Shown here in pieces: positions 29,757 to 37,438 of a stretch of DNA of 50,776 bases. The notes under the pieces were generated by a model. That model did not search any database, was not told where the DNA came from, and worked only from the letters and a program-made list of their open reading frames with translations. This stretch comes from a virus (taxonomy: Duplodnaviria; Caudoviricetes), in the IMG/VR virus record IMGVR_UViG_3300036785_000282, positions 1 through 50,776 of that record; one strand, written 5' to 3'. Each line of letters starts with the position of its first letter. The first letter of the stretch is position 1. The position numbers and the translations under genes were made by a program.

Positions 29757-29842
29757 TGGTATCAGATGTGGGACTTGAACCCACACAGCCATAAGCCGAG
29801 GGATTTTAAATCCCTTGTGTCTACCTATTCCACCAATCTGAT
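29757..29842 (-). tRNA. tRNA-Leu(TAA)
   Basis: Acceptor ATCAGAT/ATCTGAT-A-CCA; anticodon arm AGGGA-TTTAAAA-TCCCT; long variable arm; GTTCAAGT T-loop. Confidence 0.95.
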
Positions 29843-29846
29843 AAAA

Positions 29847-29923
29847 TGGTGCGTCTTACTGGACTTGAACCAGTGACCAAGCGGTTATGAGCCGCGTGCT
29901 CTAACCAACTGAGCTAAAGACAC
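29847..29923 (-). tRNA. tRNA with CAT anticodon, most likely tRNA-Ile2 (lysidine) rather than Met
   Basis: Cloverleaf with encoded CCA; GCGG-CTCATAA-CCGC; body resembles enterobacterial ileX-type tRNA. Confidence 0.9.
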
Positions 29924-30420
29924 AAAATGAAACACCATCGTAAATTTTCCTGAAACGCCCCCGTTCCAATTGGTTAAATAAAGAATGATGTTTCGTTTTG
30001 TGCACTACAATGCTAACTGCTTTTAACTCTCACCCTAACAATCGTAATGCTTTGTACCACCGATCGGGGTCATTGTACAATATATTAAAAACAGTTAGCG
30101 TTGTATGCCGGTTACGTTTATCCGGCGTCATATGACCGATTTAGCCCAAAGGTAGCACCTTGGTAGACTGTGGTCGCAACAGGTTATTGTTGCCTTCCCC
30201 CTTTCGGGTGGCCCTTTTACCACAAGGGTATGAATCATTTCCCCGAGCCTTCACTTTCTCGGTAAGGTTCCCCGCGCTTAACTCCACTCGGGCCAGTTTG
30301 CGTTCTGGCTTGTGTGGCTACCCGACAAGATTCATTCACAATGATTAACGAGCCGGAAATGATTCATACCGTTGTGTACCGGTCTTTCCCGGCTGTCAGT
30401 TATGCAATCTTCCCATCGTA
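29921..30420 (-). ncRNA. structured non-coding RNA array (three long stems with enclosed segments and repeated small hairpins)
   Basis: Inverted repeats 29921-29938/29985-30002, 30006-30026/30085-30105 and 30227-30242/30355-30370. Confidence 0.7.
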
Positions 30421-30435
30421 GCCAGCGTGGGGAAG

Positions 30436-30479
30436 TGTCGCGACCTTTCGGTTTCTGCCTATAGCTTCATCAGGCGACA
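30436..30479 (-). ncRNA. type I hammerhead-like ribozyme
   Basis: TGTCGC-CTGATGA-AGCTATAGGCA-GAAA-CC-GAAA-GG-TC-GCGACA; full core with a GUC cleavage triplet. Confidence 0.75.
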
Positions 30480-30561
30480 TAAATAATGCTGGCCTACACC
30501 TATCTACTTTACATAACAACGATAGGAAACGCTCATTCGAGTAATATCAACTCACAAACAA

Positions 30562-30590
30562 AGAATACGTTAAGAAATATCGTAAGTCAA
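30562..30590 (-). promoter_or_regulatory. sigma70 promoter of the RNA cluster
   Basis: TTGACT-17-TATTCT. Confidence 0.7.
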
Positions 30591-30899
30591 ATTTTGTTTT
30601 TCACACCATTCGACCGCTGGTTTTTTACCTTTAGTTTCAGGCTTATGCATAGGCATACCGCCAACATACACGATAAAGTAACCGTCTTTGTCTTTCTCGA
30701 TCTTAGCCTGTGCTGCCGGTGGCGGTGGTGTCTCAGGTTCGACAACTACCGGTGCTTCACGAATAATATGATGTTGCAGAAATAAATCTAAGGTATGGCG
30801 CGGTAGTTCTGGCACAGGTGACCCATCTTGGCACAACTCACCTTCGATAACTTTTGTTTGACTCATTACGTAATTTTTAGAAGGATCGTAATGTTTCAT
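30570..30899 (-). CDS. hypothetical protein downstream of the capsid gene
   Basis: GAGG RBS; ORF track. Confidence 0.75.
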   Translation of the reverse strand: MKHYDPSKNYVMSQTKVIEGELCQDGSPVPELPRHTLDLFLQHHIIREAPVVVEPETPPPPAAQAKIEKDKDGYFIVYVGGMPMHKPETKGKKPAVEWCEKQNLTYDIS

Positions 30900-30917
30900 A
30901 ATAATTACCTCTGATAT

Positions 30918-30939
30918 AAAAAAGGCGACCGAAGTCGCC
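30918..30939 (-). terminator. terminator after the major capsid gene
   Basis: GGCGAC-TTCG-GTCGCC-TTTTTT. Confidence 0.85.
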
Positions 30940-30958
30940 AGTTTATTTTTAATGCTGA

Positions 30959-31984
30959 TTATGCAGAAAGAGCATTATCAAACAAGATACCCAAATCTGG
31001 TGATATCATGGAAATATCGATAGCAAATTCTGCTTCAACGAAATTACCACGGCGGCCTTCAACGCCCGGATACTGACGAATTGCTGGGCCATTTTCCGCA
31101 CCCAGTGCCACAAAGTCATTCCATGCGAAACCAGCAGCGGCAACTGGTGACATATCACCAACGGTTGGCACAACATGGTTCAACATCAGTTTACCTTTTG
31201 CCATGAATTGCAGATCGTTAACTGGGTTACCGTCTGAATCTTCGATACCATCTGAATTCATGTTAACTACGGACTGCATGATCTCAATTTCTTGAACATG
31301 CAGCAATGCAGCTAGCGCATCTTTAGTAATTGCCGCTGGGTTAGTATTGTTACCACCGTAAATAACACGATTCAATACCGCTGGGTGACGTGACAGGGCG
31401 TTAAATACGTCCAGTGTCATCAGCGCTTTGTTCCATGGGCGACCACCTGAACGCAGTGAGAAACCAACTTCCTCACCCAGAATCGTATCGATCGGGTCAG
31501 ATGTTGGATCATCCCAGAATTTAAACTCATTCGTGCCGGTACCGGCAGCAGAACCAGTTAAAGTTTTAGTCCACTTACCGGTTTGCAAAAACTTCTCAGT
31601 AAAGTCAATTTCTTTATTGATCAGCAATACATCAGTAACTAACTGAGTTGCTTCAAAATCAAGATTTTGACCGTTTTGGACGTTTTTACGTTTTTTATCC
31701 GAAATAAAAACACGGATCGCATCGTCATCAACGGCATAACTACCACGGGTGGTTTTATACCCGATGGTATTCGCTACACCATCTTCAGCACGTTTTGAGT
31801 TAACAGGACGGCTAAAGTAACCGGATGGGTATTTAGTAAATGTACCCGCTGCGAAATTAACCGGGACAACCGGGAAATAACGCGTACCGACAAATAAACT
31901 AGTATCCTGCCAGTAAGCAACCGAAAAGTTACTAAGCGGTAGGTCTAGATTAACGTCGCGGTAATCCTGATGATATTGTGGCAT
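30959..31984 (-). CDS. major capsid protein
   Basis: 341 aa; D.PLSNFSVAY start; W.D.TSDP motif; follows the scaffold and decoration genes. Confidence 0.9.
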   Translation of the reverse strand: MPQYHQDYRDVNLDLPLSNFSVAYWQDTSLFVGTRYFPVVPVNFAAGTFTKYPSGYFSRPVNSKRAEDGVANTIGYKTTRGSYAVDDDAIRVFISDKKRKNVQNGQNLDFEATQLVTDVLLINKEIDFTEKFLQTGKWTKTLTGSAAGTGTNEFKFWDDPTSDPIDTILGEEVGFSLRSGGRPWNKALMTLDVFNALSRHPAVLNRVIYGGNNTNPAAITKDALAALLHVQEIEIMQSVVNMNSDGIEDSDGNPVNDLQFMAKGKLMLNHVVPTVGDMSPVAAAGFAWNDFVALGAENGPAIRQYPGVEGRRGNFVEAEFAIDISMISPDLGILFDNALSA

Positions 31985-32000
31985 ATTTTAATTCTCCCGC

Positions 32001-32411
32001 TTAGGCTTTAGCATATGGCGCAATGCGCAATGCAGTTGTGATCTGGTCTACTGCTGTTGAAGCATTTACCGATTTTGCAACAACTAACTGGCCAGTGGTT
32101 GCAGTAATCATTTTACCGGCAGCATTTACAGCCAGTTCGACACCTACACCGAATGTTGCACCAGCAACGATCGGAATGTATTTATCATTTTCAGTTACCA
32201 GATCAAAGAATCCGCCAACTGTTGATTGTGCCGTAAAAGCTACACCATCGATCGCCACACCGGCACCCGGCAGTTTATAACGTGGTACACAACCATTGGT
32301 ATCACCCAAAGTTGTATCCAATACAACCGCGATCCCCTGTGTTACTGCGGAACCGGCTACAGCACGAATAGGCCGTTCAAAGTTCCAATAAATTTTGCCG
32401 TTATTAGCCAT
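32001..32411 (-). CDS. head decoration/cement protein
   Basis: A/V/G-rich, 136 aa; between scaffold and capsid genes. Confidence 0.75.
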   Translation of the reverse strand: MANNGKIYWNFERPIRAVAGSAVTQGIAVVLDTTLGDTNGCVPRYKLPGAGVAIDGVAFTAQSTVGGFFDLVTENDKYIPIVAGATFGVGVELAVNAAGKMITATTGQLVVAKSVNASTAVDQITTALRIAPYAKA

Positions 32412-33685
32412 TATTCGCCACCTCGCAGTTGAGCATTAATTTTTTTACCTTCCGGGGTATTCGCTACAGCCTTCATAGCATCGGTACGTTTTTTACCCGG
32501 ATTCGCAGCCAACCAATCATTGACCAGTTTAGCCATTTGGGTTTTAGCATCGCCCATATCTTCAGAAAGGCCAGTAGCAGGATTACGGCGTGCTTTCCAT
32601 AATGTGTTGGCTTGTGTCAGCTGTTTTTCCACTGCGTCACGTTGATCCTGTGGCAATGAATCTAGCGCCATAATCTGTGCGATTTTTTCATCAGCTGTAC
32701 CCGGCAGATCTGGGAAATCAGCCGCTACACGTTCACGGGCTTTTTGAAGTTTTGCAGCATCACGGGCTTTTACTAATTCGGCATCTTGAGATTTCAATAC
32801 CGAAAACAATGGCCCGGCTTTGGATTTGTGAATAGTTTCACCAGAAAGAGTGGTAAACGATTCATCTTGGTTCATCGCGATAAGAGCATCACGGGCGGTA
32901 GGTTCCATAGTGCGGAAACCCTCTTGATCGGCTTCTGGCAGAGCGTCATGATACGTCTTGTGGACGTCACTCATCTTTGCAAGAGCTTTATATTTTTCCA
33001 ATTCAGACATATCATCATTCCCCACTTTTTTTAATACATCCGGCAGATCGTCTTTCGACTTTTCCGGGTTAGCTTTCAACCATGCCGATTCTACACGTTT
33101 AATTACGGCTGGTAAATCTGATTCAGGAATTTCTACTTTATTACCGCGATACCCTTTGCCTAATGCTGCTACTGCTGCGCCAACAATACGTGGGTCGGGT
33201 TCACCACCCGGCGTTGAAGTAAGGCGCAATTTCCATGTGCTAGGTTTTTCAGCATCAGGAACATATGCATAATCGCTTGCCGGGAATTCTACACCATCTT
33301 CTGTTTTCTTTGCTTTATATACAGGCTGATTTAATTTGCCTTGCGCTGCAATTTGCATTGCCATGATGTATTCATTCACTGCCTGCGATAATGCCGCATT
33401 TTTATCAATAATTGAGTCGTCTTTTGCAATATCTTCTGCTGCTTCACGTAATGCATCATTTAAAGGCCACGCATTAGAAATTATATCATTAACCTGTTGC
33501 TGCAAATTTGATTCGGCTAATGCTGAACTAAATACTGACTTGAGTAATTTAGTTCCTTCAGTTTCAGATTTAAATTTCATAATTTTTGCCGTCGCTCCTT
33601 CATGAGCTGGTTCAGTTACGCCAGATAAAAAGCCGATCGTCATCTTTTTAGCCCGTCGCAGGTTTGTTGTGTTGTCGGTTCTCAT
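32411..33685 (-). CDS. capsid scaffolding protein with an N-terminal protease-like segment
   Basis: Helical and charged; N-terminal I.FLS.V..PAH..A; position in the head operon. Confidence 0.75.
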   Translation of the reverse strand: MRTDNTTNLRRAKKMTIGFLSGVTEPAHEGATAKIMKFKSETEGTKLLKSVFSSALAESNLQQQVNDIISNAWPLNDALREAAEDIAKDDSIIDKNAALSQAVNEYIMAMQIAAQGKLNQPVYKAKKTEDGVEFPASDYAYVPDAEKPSTWKLRLTSTPGGEPDPRIVGAAVAALGKGYRGNKVEIPESDLPAVIKRVESAWLKANPEKSKDDLPDVLKKVGNDDMSELEKYKALAKMSDVHKTYHDALPEADQEGFRTMEPTARDALIAMNQDESFTTLSGETIHKSKAGPLFSVLKSQDAELVKARDAAKLQKARERVAADFPDLPGTADEKIAQIMALDSLPQDQRDAVEKQLTQANTLWKARRNPATGLSEDMGDAKTQMAKLVNDWLAANPGKKRTDAMKAVANTPEGKKINAQLRGGE

Positions 33686-34098
33686 TCGGTCACATCCTCA
33701 TAATCAGCATAACCGCCAATGCTAAAACCGGTATAGTCGCCGCTATTAAATTTTTGTAACACCTCGTCATCTTCTACCAAGGCACCTACAATAACACCGG
33801 TCTGATCTAAGGCTTTAGTTAAACCAAATGCCTCGGCTATATCTTCCGTCAAAGGAAACGCAAATACAACTTTTCCGATCGATTTTTCATTATGCATGTT
33901 ATCCATGATCCGGTGGTCACCTTTCATGAAATCTATCCACGCTTCTAATGTTGGTTCTTCTGGAAACTGTTCATTATCGGTATCTGTATAGATTTGAAAC
34001 TTGCCATCTTCACCGCGTTTTTTACAAATCGAACCCCAACCGAAAACGATTCGCTTACCGAAATCAACTTTGCATACCTTCACGTTTACATCGGACAT
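33682..34098 (-). CDS. prohead protease (XkdF-like)
   Basis: RIVFGW, D.MH and G.YTGFSIGG motifs. Confidence 0.85.
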   Translation of the reverse strand: MSDVNVKVCKVDFGKRIVFGWGSICKKRGEDGKFQIYTDTDNEQFPEEPTLEAWIDFMKGDHRIMDNMHNEKSIGKVVFAFPLTEDIAEAFGLTKALDQTGVIVGALVEDDEVLQKFNSGDYTGFSIGGYADYEDVTE

Positions 34099-34138
34099 TT
34101 GTTTGCCTCCCGGCTTGTTTCTTGATTAACACAAAAAT

Positions 34139-34484
34139 GATGTTTCAGTGTGTCACATCATTCTCTATACTTTTATAATATACATTATTACTTACTTTGG
34201 TAGCTTTTTAAGAGTTTTGTATTTTAAGTGAAACAAGTGAAACATAGTATAAAATAGATTATAAACTCTTAAAAATTAACACTTTTTTCTGTTTCACTTC
34301 TGTGTCACATTGTCGTTTTTGTTTCACTTTGAAGTGACACATACCGGAACGGTATAACTAAATCAAACAATTCGCGTTTCACTGTGTCACTTTGTGTTAC
34401 TTTAACCTGACACAAATACCGAATCGGTATAGTTGTTTATTTTCATACACTTACGAAACTTTGTTTCACATACCGGAACGGTAT
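34139..34484. other. candidate replication origin (iterons, AT-rich core, palindromes)
   Basis: About a dozen TGT(T/G)TCAC-like octamers in both orientations; ATACCG-NNN-CGGTAT at 34341, 34416 and 34470. Confidence 0.65.
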
Positions 34485-35440
34485 CAAACAGATCCGATAT
34501 CTTCAGGTAAACTATATTGAACCCTACACCGGCAATTAATTATATTAGATGCTGTTCCTGCCGGGTCACGTGGAAACATCAACGGCCCCAACGGCGTTGT
34601 AAAAGGTCGGTCTATGGGTATCCATCCATTATTTTCACCAGTACTGATATGAGCATCACGCGCCCTTCCATCGTGACGATAAAGCCAACGTTTCAAAAGT
34701 TCGTTAGATATCGCCCCAGTGACTAATCCCGTGCGTATCGCCTGATCTTGACCCACGCTTACAGCAGTTAGTGATTCGGTTCTGGCAATCGTTTCTGTGC
34801 GCAATTTGACGTATTTAGCACGTTGTTGTTCAACCATAGAATCAATACGCGATTGCGATAATTTAGCCGCTGATTCTACGGCTTCTTTTACTGCTTTATT
34901 CGGTGTAGTTAATGTATTTATATAAGCAGCGTCACCAACTTCTAAAGCTTTTTTAAAACGTTGAACCGTTTTTTCCTGATTAACTGTTAACCCAATCGAT
35001 GACCTAAAATCACGAGCAGTTTGTTTTGGACTTCTTCCAGTAACGATACTATCTGAAACAGCTAACCTAACTGCTTCACGGGTTTCATTGCTTATTTCAC
35101 GAATACGTATACCAGTATAATTTCTGACATACGATGACACCGATGGTAATACTAAACTAAAAGCCAATGGTGCAGTAACAGCAGCGGCTGGAAGAATAGA
35201 AATAACAGATCTTCCAGATTCTAAAATAGCTTGTTCTAATACCGGCATTAATTGTGCCGTTACTTCATCTTCCATATTAGAAAGTAATTGCATTACACCA
35301 GCCACACCTTGTGTAGCAATGATGTTTTCTAATTCCGAAAGTGACCTAGACCGTCTAAGCGTGTCCCATATTAGATAGATCGCCGCTTTTACTTCAGCGT
35401 TATATTTTTCAGCAATTGCGGGATAAGGATCGCGTGACAT
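34484..35440 (-). CDS. head morphogenesis protein (SPP1 gp7 / Mu gpF-like)
   Basis: R.ETIARTE, R.R..H and P.DP..INCRC motifs; start moved to ATG 35440 (MSRDPY). Confidence 0.88.
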   Translation of the reverse strand: MSRDPYPAIAEKYNAEVKAAIYLIWDTLRRSRSLSELENIIATQGVAGVMQLLSNMEDEVTAQLMPVLEQAILESGRSVISILPAAAVTAPLAFSLVLPSVSSYVRNYTGIRIREISNETREAVRLAVSDSIVTGRSPKQTARDFRSSIGLTVNQEKTVQRFKKALEVGDAAYINTLTTPNKAVKEAVESAAKLSQSRIDSMVEQQRAKYVKLRTETIARTESLTAVSVGQDQAIRTGLVTGAISNELLKRWLYRHDGRARDAHISTGENNGWIPIDRPFTTPLGPLMFPRDPAGTASNIINCRCRVQYSLPEDIGSV

Positions 35441-35470
35441 AAAAAAGCCCTTATGTAAATCAATAAGGGC
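35441..35470 (-). terminator. terminator hairpin abutting the head morphogenesis start codon
   Basis: GCCCTTAT..ATAAGGGC-TTTTTT-ATG. Confidence 0.65.
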
Positions 35471-35480
35471 CATTTTAACA

Positions 35481-35624
35481 CTATTTCTTAGAATTTCGTG
35501 ACTTTCTTTGTCTGCAACGTTCCCTACACACCACATGATCTGTTCTTTTCGGTGAAAACCATTCTCCACAAATCGGGCACTTATGCTGTTTGGTTCCACA
35601 ACACGGACAGTAACGCCTATCCAT
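35481..35624 (-). CDS. 47-aa zinc-finger-like protein (MDRRYCPCCGTKQHKCPICGEWFSPKRTDHVVCRERCRQRKSRNSKK)
   Basis: Manual translation; GAGG RBS; CxxC, CxxC, CxxxC and a basic tail. Confidence 0.75.
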   Translation of the reverse strand: MDRRYCPCCGTKQHKCPICGEWFSPKRTDHVVCRERCRQRKSRNSKK

Positions 35625-35708
35625 CACATTTCCTCGCAACTCTATCTTCTTACCGTTTAACGATCATAATGTTTCCCGAGTACCTCACATACTCGAAAAG
35701 GTGAATAA

Positions 35709-36617
35709 ATGGCTACTGAAATTGAAGAAGATTTAGTTACAAAAGATGGTGTTGTGCATAAGCATACCCATAAACACATGCATAAGCAAAAGGCGGAAAA
35801 AATGAGTGAACCAGTAAACGTTTTTGCAGGTCAGCCAATGATGGGCGGCTTCGGTGGCGGTGACGGCTTCGGGCTAGGCGGTGGTGGTATGATCGGCGGT
35901 CTGCTTGTTGGCGCACTGTTAGGCCGTGGCGGATTCGGTGGCTTCGGTGGTGTTGAAGGTCGCGGCTTCGGTGGCGAATCGATCAGCGGCCTAAATAACC
36001 TTCAAGGTGCTATTGATACTAACATCATCCTGCAAAGCCTCGGCGATATTAAAGCCGCTGTTCCGCTGGCTGAATCTCAAGTTCAGTTAGCACTTGCTGG
36101 TTCGACTTCTGATATCACCAGTCAACAGTTGCAACAGACAATCGCGTTACAAAATCAGGGTTTTAATGCCCAATTAGCAACGCAAGCTTCTTTCGCGAAT
36201 ACTGGCGATAAAATCGATAATCTGCAAGCATCAATGGCACTGGCAGTTGCTACGAATCAGTTTAACTGTGTTCAGGCAACCATGGCAGATGGTGAAAAAA
36301 CTCGTGATCTGATCAGTTCCATCGATCGTGATAACCTGAACCGTCTGATTACCACACAGGCTAACGAAATCACTGAATTACGCAATGAACGTAATCGTGA
36401 CGGCGATCGCCATGGTCTGGAAATTAACATGATTAATAACCAGAACCAAAATCAGATGCAGTTCCAGCAGCAGGCACAGGCATTGAATACTTTGGCTCAC
36501 GGTTTAGTTGAAATCGGTCAGATTGCCCGTGCAACTAACTCTAACGTCATCGTGGGTAACACTGGCGCAAGCACTACCGGCGCACAAACAGCAAGCCCTA
36601 CAAACGTTCGTGCGTAA
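35709..36617 (+). CDS. Gly-rich membrane-segment / coiled-coil / Q-N-rich protein of unknown function
   Basis: AAGGTG RBS; own terminator; His-rich N-terminus. Confidence 0.85.
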   Translation: MATEIEEDLVTKDGVVHKHTHKHMHKQKAEKMSEPVNVFAGQPMMGGFGGGDGFGLGGGGMIGGLLVGALLGRGGFGGFGGVEGRGFGGESISGLNNLQGAIDTNIILQSLGDIKAAVPLAESQVQLALAGSTSDITSQQLQQTIALQNQGFNAQLATQASFANTGDKIDNLQASMALAVATNQFNCVQATMADGEKTRDLISSIDRDNLNRLITTQANEITELRNERNRDGDRHGLEINMINNQNQNQMQFQQQAQALNTLAHGLVEIGQIARATNSNVIVGNTGASTTGAQTASPTNVRA

Positions 36618-36627
36618 TAAATAATTT

Positions 36628-36650
36628 AAGCGCCTTTCGGGGCGCTTTTT
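36628..36650 (+). terminator. intrinsic terminator
   Basis: AAGCGCCT-TTCG-GGGCGCTT-TTT. Confidence 0.8.
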
Positions 36651-36664
36651 AAGGAATATTTAAA

Positions 36665-36988
36665 ATGAGTTATAACTTGCAGCAATTGCAACAGCAGCTT
36701 CAATCACAGTTAGACCAAGTTAACCAGATGATCAGTAAACCCGCTGTACAGCCAGCACCGGCTCAAAATATTGAAGCCATGATAAGTGCTGCGGTACAAC
36801 GACAGATAGCCGCTATGGCTCCGAGCGTCAGTTTAATGACGGCTATAGGTGCGGGAATGTCAGAAGATGATCAACGCTGGTTAAGCACTAAGTTAAATGG
36901 CTTACCAGCGTTTTTACAGACCAGTGAAGGGAAAGAAATTATTGCATTAACTTTAGAAGCTTATAAAAAACATCACGGTGAAGAGTGA
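36665..36988 (+). CDS. Gln-rich hypothetical protein (probable partner of the 35709 gene)
   Basis: AAGGA RBS; ORF track. Confidence 0.8.
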   Translation: MSYNLQQLQQQLQSQLDQVNQMISKPAVQPAPAQNIEAMISAAVQRQIAAMAPSVSLMTAIGAGMSEDDQRWLSTKLNGLPAFLQTSEGKEIIALTLEAYKKHHGEE

Positions 36989-37239
36989 CCCCATTTATCT
37001 AAATCGCTGGCGTCTTTAAAAATATCATCACAATATGGCAATCGTGGGTCATTGGTACAAGCCATAGCCGCAAAATTTACACGGTACGCCGATGCCAGCA
37101 TTTTCTTTGCCGCTCTTTTACATTGGCCCGGCGTTTTATGATCTTTACATAACACTTTTATTTGTTCTTCAGCACTAGGGAAATCACTAGCAAAACTGTT
37201 AAAACTTAGCAGGGTAATTAATATCATCGCGTATTTCAT
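36973..37239 (-). CDS. small exported protein with four Cys
   Basis: Signal-peptide-like MKYAMILITLLSFNSFA. Confidence 0.7.
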   Translation of the reverse strand: MKYAMILITLLSFNSFASDFPSAEEQIKVLCKDHKTPGQCKRAAKKMLASAYRVNFAAMACTNDPRLPYCDDIFKDASDLDKWGHSSP

Positions 37240-37438
37240 TTATAAATTTCCTTTGGTTATATAATTGAATTGCCCGTTTTTGTGACTCATTTTTAAAGCT
37301 TTTACGATCTATTACCTTCCCATCATCTAACACTGACCATGACGCCGATTCAAACCTGATCGCTATTTTGGTATCCTTTTTATCTATGTATAAAAGATAG
37401 TGTTTGTTAAACAATACCTTCCATTCAATTTTCATCAA
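37199..37438 (-). CDS. hypothetical protein
   Basis: ORF track; AGGAG RBS. Confidence 0.65.
   Translation of the reverse strand: MMKIEWKVLFNKHYLLYIDKKDTKIAIRFESASWSVLDDGKVIDRKSFKNESQKRAIQLYNQRKFINEIRDDINYPAKF

Noticed and set aside
30139-30161. AGGTGCTACCTTTGGGCTAAAT loosely resembles a ToxI antitoxin repeat as I recall it
   Set aside because: It lacks the pseudoknot-forming loop and is a single copy; likely coincidence.
30267-30277. GTTCCCCGCGC matches the first half of the type I-E CRISPR repeat
   Set aside because: Only 11 nt, no second half in register, no array, and antisense to the predicted transcript. Not supportable as a CRISPR array or RNA anti-CRISPR without more evidence.
30160-30348. 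62-aa plus-strand ORF in the RNA cluster
   Set aside because: TTG start, no RBS, antisense to the promoter and tRNAs; the RNA structure explains the region better.
35441-35599. N-terminal extension of the head morphogenesis ORF
   Set aside because: It overlaps a better-supported zinc-finger gene, a promoter and a terminator.
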